Of a stretch of DNA of 64,000 nucleotides, positions 23,901 through 37,074 are shown piece after piece (position 1 is the first letter of the stretch; each line of letters starts with the position of its first letter). Position numbers and translations under genes: made by a program. Location: contig OZ316893.1 of NCBI GenBank assembly GCA_973895155.1, positions 17,490,770 to 17,554,769 on the forward strand, read 5' to 3'. Under the pieces are notes generated by a model. That model searched no databases. It saw only the letters and a program-made list of their open reading frames with translations, and was not told the DNA's origin. This DNA is from Marsupella aquatica (lineage: Eukaryota; Plantae; Marchantiophyta).

Positions 23901-26395
23901 CCGCGGGAAGGAGCCTTAGGCTGCTTTGCCTCCAATTCGGGGCTTGAGGCTCCCACATACATTTGCACTCCCAACTTGTGTTCCGGCCTCCTTCTCTCCT
24001 TGGCTCCGGTAAAGGGGTTTTCCCTCCTGAGTTGGCTTAGGCCGGCCTCTGGGGCAGTGTCCTGTACCGGTGTCGTTGCCGTTGCTGGTGCCGTTCTCTC
24101 CTTCTCCAGCAATTTCAGCAGATTCTGCATGCCTGATTGCTGCATCGGCAAGTCATCTTTCCTTTGCCAAAACACCTGCTCGATCGTAGGACTAGCAGGC
24201 TGGTTGGGCTCTTCTGTTGCCGGCCTCTACTCCGGAACCTCCTCCGATGCCCTTGCCGATAGGGGAAGTACTAGGGCAAAGATTTGACTTTTGGCATACC
24301 GGCACAACAGCGGCATGTGATAGCCAAGCCGGGACACGCTTTCCACGCCGATCACCTGTTGTTCCTCCTTCAAGATCTTCTTTAGTTGGTTGAGGAGGTA
24401 CCCATTGTAATCCCAGCTTCGGTCTGGCCTTTCTGCCAGGTAGACCTGAGCCTTGCCGATCTCTGCCCTCGGCAAGTTACAATGCATGGTCACCCGCAAG
24501 AAATTGATCATCTCTCCGATGTGCGGGTTGGTGCAGGTGTTCCGGAAGAAGCCATTCTTCGTTGATGGTCCTGGGAACGACCGGAACTCCTTGTCAGGTA
24601 AGGTCTTCTTGGTATCAACCTTGGTCTTATTACCCATCGGCAAGCCAAACACCTCGGCAATCACCTGGGGAGTGAGATAGAAATCCTTCCCATACACCCT
24701 CGTGGAATTGGTCTCGGGTTCCCATGATCCCATGAATTCTAATAAGTCTGAGTCCGGCACCTCCGGCTTCAGCCATGGTAATCTTACGAAGGCTTCCAAG
24801 CCGGATCCGGCCATGAAGCCCTGGTACTTCTTGGTCTGCATGGCCGTAAAGCATGCATCCTCCTCCCGTGCAAAATGTAATTGCACTTCCTCTGGTAGGT
24901 CGCCGTCCAGCCTTTCCAGGTATCATCCTTTATTGGAATGGCATTGATGGGATCAACCTCCTCCTCTTCGGCTTCTCCCTGCCTCCTGTTCTACTGCTCT
25001 ACTGGCTTCCTTGGTGCCGCCGACCTTGTTCTTTTTGCCGGGGTGGCCTCTTCGTTGATGTTTCCTTTCCTCTTCATCTCGGCTGCCGTGGATGTTTCTC
25101 CTAGCATAGTTGCCTTTGTCCACCCCTCCGTGCTACCCTTCAACTCCCAGTGCGCGTCGTTGCAGCGGTTGATGGCTTCCCAAATGCCGATGATTCTGTC
25201 TTCGCAAAACAGAAGGTCATCGAGCTAATTGGCAGTAGGAGTCCACAAGAACTCGGCCTTGATGAGTTCTCCTCCTAAGAAGGCAAACTTCTGCAGCTCC
25301 CATAGTCGAGCGAGCTGCTCTCTCCGATTCTTCGTCCTTGTAAGTCTTAATGTACTCAGTTGCCCATTCAAACAGGCATCCCCAAAAATGTGCCGCTTGA
25401 TTGACGTTGCTCATACCCTCCTTGACTCGATCGTTGGTATCTGCTCCCGCCCCGAGTGCTTGCCTAAGCAACTGATAGTGGTTGGCCTTCCATAGTCATC
25501 TGCCCAGTTTGTGCTTGCAAATGAGCCACCATTCCTCGCAAGCGGTTCTTACCCCTCTCCTCCTCTGGTCTTTCCTCCCGTTGGTTACCCCTAGCCGCCG
25601 ATGCTTAGCGCGCCCTAACCCTAATCGTGTTCTCTCCCCCGGCATCCTTACCTCCGGCCTCGGCCCGGGTTCCATAGTCACCCTTAATTGTTTATATTTT
25701 CCTTGTTTTTGTTACTATACTAATGTGTTTATAGGGTATACCTCCGGTTTCCCCACCTAACTGGCCTAGTGATTCCTGGCTAGGCATCACAATCAACACT
25801 TGGATTTGTCGTAACCAGGTTCATAGAGGTAGTGTGAACTGCCTCTAACAATGTAAACAATTGGGGAAGCTTTGTTTGATGACAAGCCTCCCCCCTTTGA
25901 GGATCCAACTCTACCATTGCTCCTCAAGGCTCAAGGCTCAAGGGGTTTGGTTGCTCCTCGAGTCAAAATTGCCAATGCATCAACATGGGCAGTGCCACAC
26001 ATGAATCCCATGGTGGCTAAGTCTTCGTCAACTCCATGAGATGTAGAAGCTCCATCACCAAAAGTAGGTCTAACCTAAGAACTGGCCATGGCAGCTAGTT
26101 GTTGCTCCAATTGAGCAAATCTTTGCCTCCTTTGGATCTATGGTAGTGGTAGGAGCATCACCTCCTTGTCTCCCTACATGTGGCATACCTTGGCTGCAAC
26201 CACCACCTCTACCTCCTCTTCCCTGATCATACGTATGCAATTCTCCCCGTCGTAGTTCAAGATGGAGTATAAAACACCTATCCTTGGTGTGATCCTAAGG
26301 TCCACAATGATCACATAATTGTTGATCGGGCATAGATGCCCCTCTGGACCCTCTATTATTTGGGCAATATCTTTGTGTATGATCCCCACCACAAG
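20940..26395 (-). pseudogene. Second family F gag/protease-linker fragment, split by A copy 2
   Basis: 20940-21084 plus 25797-26395 align to 1700-2310, 6314-6345 and 12540-12660. Confidence 0.7.
21090..25791 (-). mobile_element. Family A giant solo-LTR-like unit (4702 bp), copy 2
   Basis: Same termini as copy 1. Exact TSD ATCAA at 21085-21089 and 25792-25796. ORF broken into pieces from 21990 to 25681. Confidence 0.95.
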
Positions 26396-29300
26396 GACCA
26401 AAGCGTATGCTTCCACAATATATCTCTCATGTTGAGAGTCACAATAAACAAAACATTCACGTTGAGAAAAAAGGGATGTCTTCATCACTTGACCGCCAAA
26501 GAAAAAGTCAAGAATCAAATCCCCTGGTTTGGACAATGTTTGGATGATCTCTTGGGTCATCCGGGTGGGTTTGGCATGAGGATTCACCCACCCACCGCAA
26601 GCGCCAACAGTCTCAAATCAAGGTGGCATGTGCAAAAGTATTGTCGCCTCTTCTGGGGTCATCACAATTCGTAGATCTTCATCCATTGACTCCTTGTCCG
26701 TGTCCTTTCCCTTTGCCGTTCCATTCCCTTTGATCTTCTCAACCACAAAATCAATATCCTTTTCACCATAAACCCATTTTGGCTTCATTTGGTTGGGCTT
26801 GAACACTTCATCCCAGCTGACGTTTTCTTTGTGAGAAATTCCGGCAAAGATAACTTCTAGAACTATTCCTCTCTTCCAACATGAGTCATGAGGGTGAGGT
26901 TGATCATCTCGATAATAACTCCCATACTCAATGTGAATGCTCAAAGTTTTTGAATGTCCTAATTTACAAAGAGCGCTTAGGACATTTAGTACAAGATAAC
27001 CCGGATGGACTGTTATCATCACAACGATGGTGGGATTCCGTGGTAACTCTACTATATATTGGAAGAGGACCAAAATCTTTGCTTCAGTCCACTCCTTCTG
27101 TTGAAGTCGGCTGAAATCAACAATTGCAAGAGGGCATGTTGGAGATTGTTCTTCCAATGACTCCGGATCCAATGTCTTCATTAGGTTGTTACTAAAAATG
27201 TGACCCATGACTGGGTCTGAGAACTAGTCCCACCACCAAACTTCTGACAATAAATATCATCTAGACGCATCACCAATGTCATATATTGGCAATATCTCAC
27301 TCTCCTTTGTATTATTCTAAAGACTTCAATAAATTTGTCAACCACACTTCACCAGCCGCGCTTCGGCACCTATTCAACTCCAACTCGGCACCTAACAATG
27401 GGAGGACCTCAATTACTTTAACCCAATCAGTATCTCTTGGGAAGTTTTTTGGATCCTTCTTGAAGTAGTAATCTCCAATAAGAGACTTTAGTTTGATCAA
27501 TATCTTCACCTCCTTTGCAAACTCCTCCATTGCTGGAACATCTGACTTATTTGTTGGATCCTTCTTCGATAAAACCTTACCTGACTTCACCTTGTTCAAA
27601 ATTCTGGTCAAATATCTATTTGAGATTTTACCATCAAAACAATGAAACATTGCGACCGTTATTGCCTTTTCGGACCTTTTGTTTCCTTGTGTATAAGCTC
27701 CATCAGGAAGATTTCCATCAATCCACATTTGGCACACTAATTGCCATAACTCAAAAAGATCATTCTTGGTAAAAAGCAACCAGTATACATTTTTCAAGTC
27801 TTTTCTCCCATGGTCATCCTTGCCAATGCCGAATATCCTACAGTAAAAAATTAGGGCAAAATGTTGTAAGTTATCTACAATCAATGAGATTTGACAACAC
27901 ACTATCACTTGCTTGGACGGAGACCATCTCCATTCAAGTCATAACCAAAAGTAGAATGAAGTAAAATCTCTAGAACAGTCGGTCACACTCTTGGACAAAG
28001 ACCATCTCCATCCAAGTCATAACCAGAAATAGAATGAAGTAAAATCTCTAGAACGGACGGTCACACTCTTGGACAGAGACCATCTCTATCCAAGTCATAG
28101 CAAAAAATAGAATGAAGTAAAATGAATGTAACAAACTGTCACACTCTTGGATAGAGACCATCTCTATCCAAGTCATAATCATAAATAGGATGAAGTAAAA
28201 TCTCTAAAACGGACGGTCACACTTGTGGATAGAGATGATCTCTATCCAAGTCATAACAAAAAATAAAATGAAATAAAATGAATGTAACAGACGGTCACAC
28301 TCTTGGATAGAGACCATCTCCATCCAAGTCATAACCAAAAATAGGTTGAAGTAAAATCAATGTAACGGATGGTCACACTCTTGGACATAGACCATCTCTG
28401 TCCAAACAAGAAAAATGTTTCTCACCTGAAATTTTTGATTGTCTTGGGCGTTTGATTTGTTGTCCCCGTGCTTTGGCTTTCTTGGTCTTCCGCTTTCAAT
28501 GAATTGCTTCCTTGCATGAACAATTGTATCTTTGAAGCACAATTGAAACACCATCGTTGAATTGGTGACATTTGATCTCATTGAGTGCTCAACCAGTATA
28601 GCCGATGGTGTAAGGTCCGACAATAATCTAGACTTCCTGTATTTTAACTTTTTTGCCAACATTGTCAGCTTGGCATCAGTTTTGGCCCATTTGAGAATCC
28701 ACTTGGCTGCCCTAGCCGAATGTTGCCCACTGATGGCAAGAAAAACAATCTCGCCTTTCTTCACTCTTGCAAGAAAGTCTTTGTGGTTGTTCTCCGTGCT
28801 TTCAAAATGGAGCAACTTTCTAAGCTTTGGATTGTAAGGAAGCAGGTCTACGACGTGAGGTTCATGTCCAAGGTTTTTCACCATGGATTTGGCTACGTGC
28901 TTCACATGGGTACTATTGAGCATCCTATAACATAATCTTGCCGATGCAGGCATAATTTTCTCCTCTGGAATAGAAAATAGTTCATTTATCCCAAAAGTAT
29001 AGTACTGCTCTATTCTCTAGAGAACATCATTTCCTTCTAAGACCTTCTTCTCCTCAAGGGCATCAAGTTTGTCTCCCTCATCTTTTGGGATCATCTGTAC
29101 TTCCGTAGGGGTTGATCACACAATAGACTTGTCAATTTTCTGTTTCTTCTTCCCTACTGGCTTCTTCTCAGGTTCCTTTGGCAGTGTCTCAGTTTTCTTG
29201 CACTCCTTGCCGTCTCTTTGTCTTTGCTTCCCTACCACTCTTTTGGTGCTTGTCCTAGTCGTTGTTCCTGTGGTCCCTATTGTTGTCTCCTGGGATATTT

Positions 29301-29620
29301 TTGGTGGCTTGGGAACTTCCATGTTAACAACTACTGGTGGAAGCTTGTTCACCGTTACTGGTGGAACATTTGTCGGCTTGGGTAATGAATTTATCCACTT
29401 TTTTGCATTATCCATCACAAACTCCTCATCAAATGCAATTTTCTTGTCAAGCCAAACACCTGACTCTGAAGATAGGAATCCTGCCTTGTCAAGTAGATTA
29501 TTTAAAATCCATGTCACTAGGAATGTATAATTCCCTTGGTGTTTATGGATACTAAGCTTCACATATTGAAACCCATACATTATATGAAGTGGAAGAATCC
29601 CCTTCACTCCTGCAATCACC
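26396..29620 (-). pseudogene. Decayed spliced gene: ParB/Srx-like motif plus beta-class N6/N4 DNA-methyltransferase-like C-terminus
   Basis: FLAISGQHSARAAKW (28357-28953) and NPHAKP...IIQTLSKPGDLILDFFFGG (26480-26590). Intron-like segment 27838-28425 (CAG|GTGAG ... TGTAG|) filled by repeats. Stops and frameshifts present. Confidence 0.55.
27905..28410. repeat. 78-bp tandem array (~6.5 units) with hairpin core TTGGATAGAGA-CCA-TCTCTATCCAA
   Basis: Core starts at 27913, 27991, 28069, 28147, 28225, 28303 and 28381 (period 78). Confidence 0.92.
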
Positions 29621-30094
29621 TTCTAAGTTGAATACAACTTTGGGAAAAAGCCCATTGCCAAAACGCCAAGTTCTCTAGCTGCAGGCCACTCAATATTGAA
29701 CTCTGAAGAATACGCCTTTGATGGTAGATATAGTTTAACCCACCGTAGCCTTTCATGGAGCTCAAGAATGACGGAAAAAATCCTCTTCCTTCAATTCCAA
29801 TGAAGACTACAGGTCCGATTACAAGAGTCTCCCCTTTTGACGTTCTGACCTTTATGCACAATATGGGCTCCTGTCTCTTTGACGTGCTAAGAAAATGAAA
29901 ATCAACTCTAGAGAACTCAAGGCCCCAACAAAAGTCTGGTTTGCTCTGCTCAAACAAGACTCCCTCGGAGCAATCTGCCTTTGAAATTGCTGGTTTTAAT
30001 GCATTGAGATCACTCCCTACAATTATCCCATTCAAGCATATTAGTTTGGAAATCTTAGTTTTGTAAGTGACAAAGATGGGGTTGTCTCTAAGGA

Positions 30095-31260
30095 GGTGTT
30101 TACAAAAGACAGCAAACAGGAAACATGATTTAATAACGGAAACTGCTAACAGGAAAAAAAATTGGTAACAGGAAAATGGGAGGAATTTTTAATTTTTTAA
30201 TTTTTAAAATTATTTTTTTGAGAAAAAAAAGGTTTTTTTTCGGTCGACCAGTTTTTTTGCTAGCGCCCGGCGCTGCTAATAGTAGCGCCCAAAGCTAGCC
30301 AAAAATGTTGCATTGTTAATTTTTTTTTGAAATAACATGTTTTAGGAGACATTTTTAAATTGTCATTTTTCCTGATAACAGTGATTTTTTCCTGGTAACA
30401 GCATATTAAAAACAGGAAAAAAAATTCCTGTTTACCTGTTTCCTGTCTCCTGTCTCCGTCACTATACCCTCTCTAAGTTTGGACAAAGATGATCCCTATC
30501 CAATTGAACAGGAATGATCTATATCCTCTACTTGGATAGGGATCATCTCTATCAAATTCCTAATAATGATCATCAGTATCCTTGGATTGTACATAGTTTA
30601 TCTTTATTAGGAATTGGACAGGGATGATCTCTATCCTCTACTTGGATAGGGATCATCTCTATCCAATTCCTCAAAAAGATCCTCAGTATCCTCTTATTGG
30701 ACATAGATGATCCCTATTCAATTAGACAGGGATGATCTCTATCCTCAATTTGGACAAAGATCACTCTCGTCTACTTTTGGACATGGATGATCTCTATCCT
30801 CTACTTGGATATGGATCATCTCTATCAAATTCCTCATAAAGATCCTTAGTATCCTCTGATTGGACAGAGATGATCTCTATCCAAACCCTAATGTAGATCA
30901 CTCTTGTCTACTTGAACCCTAAATCACTATCCTCTACTTGGATAGGGACCATCTCTATCCAATGAGGCTTTACACCATGCCAAGAAACAAGAGAATTATT
31001 TCCTGTTATGAGCAAAACTAAACTGTTATGAGAAAAAATGAAACATCAAAAATGTCTCATTAAAGCTCAAATTTTTCAAAATATTTTTAAAAACGATCAT
31101 TTATGGCTAGCGCTTGGCGCTACTATTACTAGCTTTGGGCGCTAGTAAAAAAATGTCAAAAATACAAACCAAAAAAAAAGTTTCAAAAAAAATTCTCAAA
31201 AAATTGTCATCCATTTGCTGTTTGTTGTTTGCTGTTTCCTTTTTCTTGTTTCCTGGCACA
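30095..31260. repeat. Foldback-like structure: inverted ~300-350 bp arms around a degenerate hairpin array
   Basis: Arms 30095-30461 and ~30975-31260 are inverted homologues (GCTAGCGCCCGGCGCT / GCGCCCAAAGCTAG, AACAGGAAA runs). The core 30478-30962 repeats TTGGAYAGRGATSATCTCTATCC. A third arm copy lies at 53135-53460. Confidence 0.7.
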
Positions 31261-31261
31261 G

Positions 31262-33561
31262 TGGTTATACATACCCAGATCTTTTGTCTATCGACAAAAC
31301 TTGTGTCAGTAGAACTCAGGATCTTGGATAAGGAGTATGTCCCTCAACACTTCAACCTAGAGGGTAGGATGGACAATAGGTACAAGCAAGGTTTGTGTAC
31401 CAATCTGATCTATATGGAGCGGCTAAACTTCATCCGGACCACCTTACACATGATTGAACCTCAATCCAAGATCTCCCTCTACACAATTATGCAGGTGGAG
31501 CAGTGCAAGAAGTGAAATTGTTCCCAATTCTTTAGCCGCCGGTTCTTAGGGGAGCTTAAGCAGGCTAAGACAAGCCTATTCATTGGCGGAAAAATCTACC
31601 TAGGAAGCCACATAGCGAGAATCCTAGATTGGTACAAACAAAGGCTCGAGGTTAGAGGAAAGAATACCGCAACCTCAATCTTGGCCAGCGCCAGCCCCAC
31701 CCCCAGTAGTAGTACATATAACTTGGGTAAACCCCACCCCTGCTCTATCATGACCTACTCCCCTTCCTACTCCGTTTGGGACTATTGTGAACAATGGACC
31801 TCCACCACCCTCTCCTATTGTGGTGCCCCCGTTGCCCCCAACGCAGCCACCCCTGATTCCACCAACCCCTATAGATCCCATTCCCTCTCCTTGGTGGACT
31901 ACAGAGGAAGCAGTAGCCCCACCCATGGAAGGACCCTTGCCAGAGACTGGATGAGTACCGAGTAGTACCTGGTACCTTAGCCCACGATTTGATCCAAAAG
32001 TTTAGTTGGGACCTTTTGGTGGAGCTAGTGGAGTATATCGCCCTCCAGGTCACTAACTACTTCCAACCGGCCCTCTTCACGTTGGATCACCACCAAACTC
32101 ATGGCCAAGGGGGATGCAATCGAGGGCCTCCAAATGACCGTGGAGCGCTTGGAGTCAGTAGCATCCGCCCACCAAGGGGATTTAGTTTGCGTCTCTGACC
32201 AGTGAGATGGACTAAAACAGGAATTACTTAAGGTTCAAGCGGATTTTAAGGAGAAAAAGGCTGTCATGGCTTAGCTGAAGGAGGAGTCAACGGCTTGGGT
32301 GAAGAGCCTGACCAACCTGAACAACCAGTTTGTGCAGGCTGCTCAAAAGGTGAATACCATCACCTCCGATTGGGATAATAGGTTGGCACAACATCAGGCC
32401 AACCTTAAAATGATCGGTAACCTCAACTTGGAGGGCGCATCTACAAGCCGAGGTGGACAAAGTCTCCAACGAGGCAGAGGAGGCAACTCCGGATAACCAA
32501 GCCTTGCAGGCTCGGGTTACTCTGCCGGTGAGCCAACAGGATAGGGCAGGAAATGCCTTAGTTTGACCAAGGGGCTTGAAGTCCCGGCCCAACAAAAGGA
32601 CAAAGGCAGGGTCAGCGGCAGGCCAGTTGCCATTAGGCGCCAATAGCAGCAGAGTAGAGAGGATTAGGACAAACTTAGTTAGGACCATCAAACATAGGAT
32701 AGGATGCCAATCAACATGTTACAAGGAATTGGAAGTAAGACCTAGGGATTAGGATTGCAGTCAACCACTCTAGCTTGTTGATAGTCAATTGAGTCAGTTG
32801 CTGACAGTCAACTACATTGGTTTTGAGGTCCACAACTAGTTAGGTAATTAGGCAGGGATTTCCTAGGGAGGTAGTGTCTCCCCTGGCCCTTTGACAAGTA
32901 GTATTTAAGGACCCCCCTTCCGCTCAAGAGAGGCGGGGGGGGGGGGCTTTTTGGTTTATTTTGGTAAAGCAAGCTTACATGGTGCATGGGGAGTCCTGGC
33001 CTGAGTAGGACTAGAGAGCACTAAGGAGTGAGAGCCAGAGTCAAGCTTTTTGGGCAAGTGCAAGACAGGGTCAAGTAGAGACTGGGCATCGACTACCGTT
33101 AGGCCTGCTAGTCGCTTAGAAGTCGAGTCAACCATGTACATGTCACTTCTTTATCTAAGTAAAATAGAGTCTTCCCCTCTAATCTTTGCAAGTAATCTGT
33201 GTATTGGGCATGACTTGTCTTTGACAAAGGCGCCATTTCAAAGGATGCACCGGGTGCGGACTAATGGTTGGGATGGTGAGAAAGTGTATGCTGAATATTT
33301 TGCAAGTTCTTGTTGTTGGCAATGGCTTGTAAGTCCCCAAGCCGGGAGTTAGTCCGAGTCACTAATTGTGGATGTATTCCAACGGTGGAATCCAAACATA
33401 CCTATGATATCCATATACATAAATATATCTATATAGTCCAACTTAGACTAACACGTGCCACTACACCCCTCCTTGCCAAACCTCACCTTTACTGGTGGTC
33501 GTGTGCACTCCAGAGCGTTAACCCAGAATTAAGGCCCAGGTTGTTAGTGCGATAGTTGACA
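31262..33561 (+). mobile_element. Family G: 5'-truncated, diverged B-like ORF-bearing LTR
   Basis: ERLNFIRTTLHMIEPQSKIS...LFIGGKIYLGSHIARILDWY aligns to B (ERLEFQRYALHMMEP...LYIGGKAYFASHIEIILEWY). TATTTAA at ~32902. The 3' part matches families B and C. Right end is approximate. Confidence 0.65.
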
Positions 33562-33849
33562 AAAGAGATATGTGGTTCACCTTCTCAAGCTACGTCCACG
33601 GGAACACACAAGAGATCTTTACCAAACTCTAAGCCCATCGGCCATACCAAGTCTCCATAGTGTAAGCTCTCCTTATCTCTCAAGTAGCTCCGTAACAATG
33701 AGCCTTAGTTCCACTTAGTACATCGCTTAGGATATAATGTGCAACTTAGTTAACCTAACCATCATGTCTCCAACTTTGGTTAGCCTAACTACGGTTACAT
33801 GTTGTAACCCTAGACCTAAGAGTAAATACCTAACGAATACTACATTGCC

Positions 33850-34300
33850 TCATCTTTTGCAGAACACAATCCTTGGAGATGGGAAAGTAAGAAGGAATTT
33901 GGACAGCTTATCCGCTACACCACCCGTAAACATTGCAACAACGATCTCAGCCTCCCTTACAAGTCAAAGTTTACCCGACATGCTTACATCGGACAAATTG
34001 TTGGAGCAAGTGCCTCGGTTTTTGGAAAGCCCTTGTTTGGCTCCCCAACTACATCTTCAAACTCCCCGCGATGATAGATTTAAATAGCCACCATTTTGAT
34101 CACTTGCCCGTGAAATTCTACAAGCACGTACGGGAGTTCATGTTGACCCCGGCTGATGCATCAGGCCAATGCCAGGAGCGGCCTGAGGCTCCTCCACAGT
34201 GCTTACTATTGACCAGGCCGGACATCTCATACGTATGTGTACCTGATTTCATTGAAGTAGCACTGAGGACATCCAGGGCTTTGTACACTACAGAGTAATC
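33850..34300 (+). pseudogene. Remnant homologous to the family B N-terminal domain
   Basis: GFWKALVWLPNYIFKLPAMIDLNSHHFDHLP vs B GFWEALLRLPDEVFNIPGTIDLQRHHFDHIP. Confidence 0.65.
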
Positions 34301-35979
34301 AGACATTCTCTTCTCTTAAGAGGCCCAAGGTTGTTGGCTTTGCATGTGTACGTTGCATTACAGAGTAGTCAGCCATTCAATAATCTGGCCAAGGCTATTG
34401 GTTCTAGGGCTTCTTGGCAAATTTCTTTTTGAGATATTCCTACACTGTTTACTCTAGAATTTTACCAAGCTTTTCAATTTGTTACTCTTTGAGGCTTTAA
34501 TTTTGTGGGGGAGTCTCAGTCTTTGTGGCTCTTTGCTATTCTTAGGTTTTACCCTGGTTTTCTCCCCTTTATCTGCATTTGGGATCCTGTTTACTAGGTA
34601 GGCAATTTTAGTTCATTGCCAGAGTGATGTATAGCTTTGTAATTTAATCATGACCTGGGTTTATCTTGTTAGATTGAAAGCAACGATTGAATGTTCAAGA
34701 ATAACAAAAACAACAAAAATTGAAGCACAAGGCCTGGGGCATTCTATTTTACAGGCCATCTATTTAACTTTTCTGGCTTCCCCTTTTAGAGACAATTATT
34801 TGATGCATATAGAATGTAAAGATTATTCCATTTAAAATTTATTCTACGAGGGTTTAGTATTTGTAGTTTTTGCCATTTAGAATTACAGAGAACCCGTTTT
34901 ATGTGTGTTAAGAAATTTATTTATCACTGTTTTACAATCACCCCGTTAATTCTTGCTGTTCTGGGCTAAGCAGGGAGACCCCTCTCAGTAAGTTGGCTAA
35001 ACAAAGTTAAAGTGGAACATTCAGAAACTTGCACACCCAAGGATTGTACAGTAAGTGGACCTCCTCCAACTAGCCAAGGCTCTTACCATTAGGCCCTACC
35101 CCAACTCTGTTGGTTACCTAATAGTTGCTCAATGCAAACCAAATATAGTATGAGCCCCTCTCATAGAGAGCTCCTCGTTTTTGGCCTGCTCTTCTTCCCG
35201 AATGCTGTACCTCCTCCTCAGCTGACAACTTGGATGACCACAATAAATATAATGGTCAGAAAAATATTTAGGTTAATATAGTCCTACATATAGAATAAGA
35301 TTTTAGTTTTGATTCTTACAAACACATCACTTTGTTCAGGAACCCTGTTTTAGTCATTTTCTACTTGTGTTTGGGGAAGACAATAGTGTTAAACGATGAG
35401 GGTTTGATGTTCAACCAAGGTTCAGAGCTTTGAATAGTGACCATCTCAAGAATCTTCAAAATTATAATTCCCAAAATTATCCTTTGCCTGGCCTCTCCAG
35501 GAACTGGCCTGTCATTAAATTTCCGTCCCAACTAGCCGACAAGGAAGATCAGGAAGATTTCTTAGTCACATATTTGCCACAGATATTACAGATATTACAT
35601 ATATCCCCAAATGTATCCTAGGTGGCGACCATAGCCGCTGGTTGCATATGGTTGGTTCAGAGGAACATACAATACAAAAGGATCCACTTATGGAAGAAAG
35701 AACCCTACTTTTCTCAAGACAAGGAGCATCGAGAGAACGCGCGACCACATGCAAATGAACAATATTTTACATAACTCTAGTTAACCTAGTAATACCAAAA
35801 GTAACCATAAAAGCTCTCATTATGTTTACACTACACTCCTATATTAAAACTTTTTTTTGGTTGGTAACACTCTTTCTCCCAGAAGAAAGCAGGGGAGTTT
35901 TAATGAGGTTACACCAATTATAGATCAAAACCCAACATAGACTTAAAGTTATTGCAACACTTCTACCCAAAATGTTGCA

Positions 35980-36166
35980 AAGGGGGAGTGTTATAATACA
36001 TAGGTTAAGTCTAGACTTGGGTTATCTGGACACCTAGGATTAAGTTACCTTAACCTTAGGTAACTGCTGTAACTACCTAGACTTTGGCTTGAACCAACCA
36101 CCATGTATATACTCCATTTGGAACTTGAAGGAAGAACACACTTATCATTGTGTAGTTACTCAAACA
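35980..36166 (+). mobile_element. Polypurine tract plus short putative 3' LTR
   Basis: AAGGGGGAG (35980-35988) is directly followed by TGTTATAATACA... ending CAAACA. No partner LTR found. Confidence 0.45.
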
Positions 36167-37074
36167 TAATACCATCTTTCATGACTTGTTAGACCAAAGA
36201 GTGGTAGTCTTTATTGACAAAATCCTGATCTACTAAAAAATGTTGGAGGAGCATGAGCAAAGGGAAGTATTCTCTTGCCTTTGTAAGGCTCGTCTCTTTG
36301 CTAAACCTAGCAAGTGCGAGTTTGCAATGAACAAGATTTAGTTCCTCGGCCATACCTTCACCCCAAAAGGGATTACGCGTAGTCAGGACAAGCTTAAGGA
36401 GATCAAAGAATGGGGATGCCCGTCCAATGTAAGGCAGGTTAGGGATTTTGTAGGATTTATGGGGTTCTATTGGAGATACATGAAAGACTATGCAAGGATC
36501 GCAAGGCCCCTAAATTCGCTAATGTTGAAAAACAAGGTGTTTGTGTGGACACGGGATTGCAAGTTAGCATTCTTAAAACTCAAGCGGCTAATGATAACGC
36601 CGCCAATTCTAAAGTTACCTGAGATGGGAAAGTCGTTTGAGATTTAGACAGGCGCAAGTGATTATGCCATTGGCGCCTGTCTTCACCAAGATGGGCGTCC
36701 TATGGCCTTTGAGTCATGTAAGTTGGAAATCATTGGATCACCTTGGAAAGGGAAATACACGTTGTGATCTATGCGTTGAAGAAGTGGGAGATTTACTTTA
36801 AGAACGGTCCCAAGGTGATAATACACACTAGATAGCTCGCCGACCAGGTACTTTAGTTCTAAGCCAAGGCTGAACCCCAAGGAAATGCACTGGCAGATGT
36901 TCTTGGCGGATTTTGATTTTGAAGTCTGTCATGTTCCTGGGAAGACTAACACAACAGCTGACACTTTATCGCGTAGGGACCATCATTGTGTCAATGGGAT
37001 CACGATGCTCAAATCCCAGTGGCCAAACATTCTGGCCGAGGCGTATGGGGATGACAGGTTAGCCAAAGAATGGC
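36167..37074 (+). pseudogene. Ty3/gypsy pol fragment (RT C-terminus and RNase H)
   Basis: VVVFIDKILIY, KPSKCEF, FLGH, F.G..GFYWRY..DYARIARPL, ASDYAIGACL.Q, HVPGKTN..AD.LSR motifs, with stops. Confidence 0.9.

Noticed and set aside
26174-26587. 137-aa ORF as a real protein
   Set aside because: It is chimeric. The MTase-like sequence runs at ~26395 into family F gag sequence read out of frame.
27905-28410. CRISPR-like array (palindromic repeats at a fixed period)
   Set aside because: The intervening segments are near-identical rather than unique spacers. No cas genes, and the context is eukaryotic.
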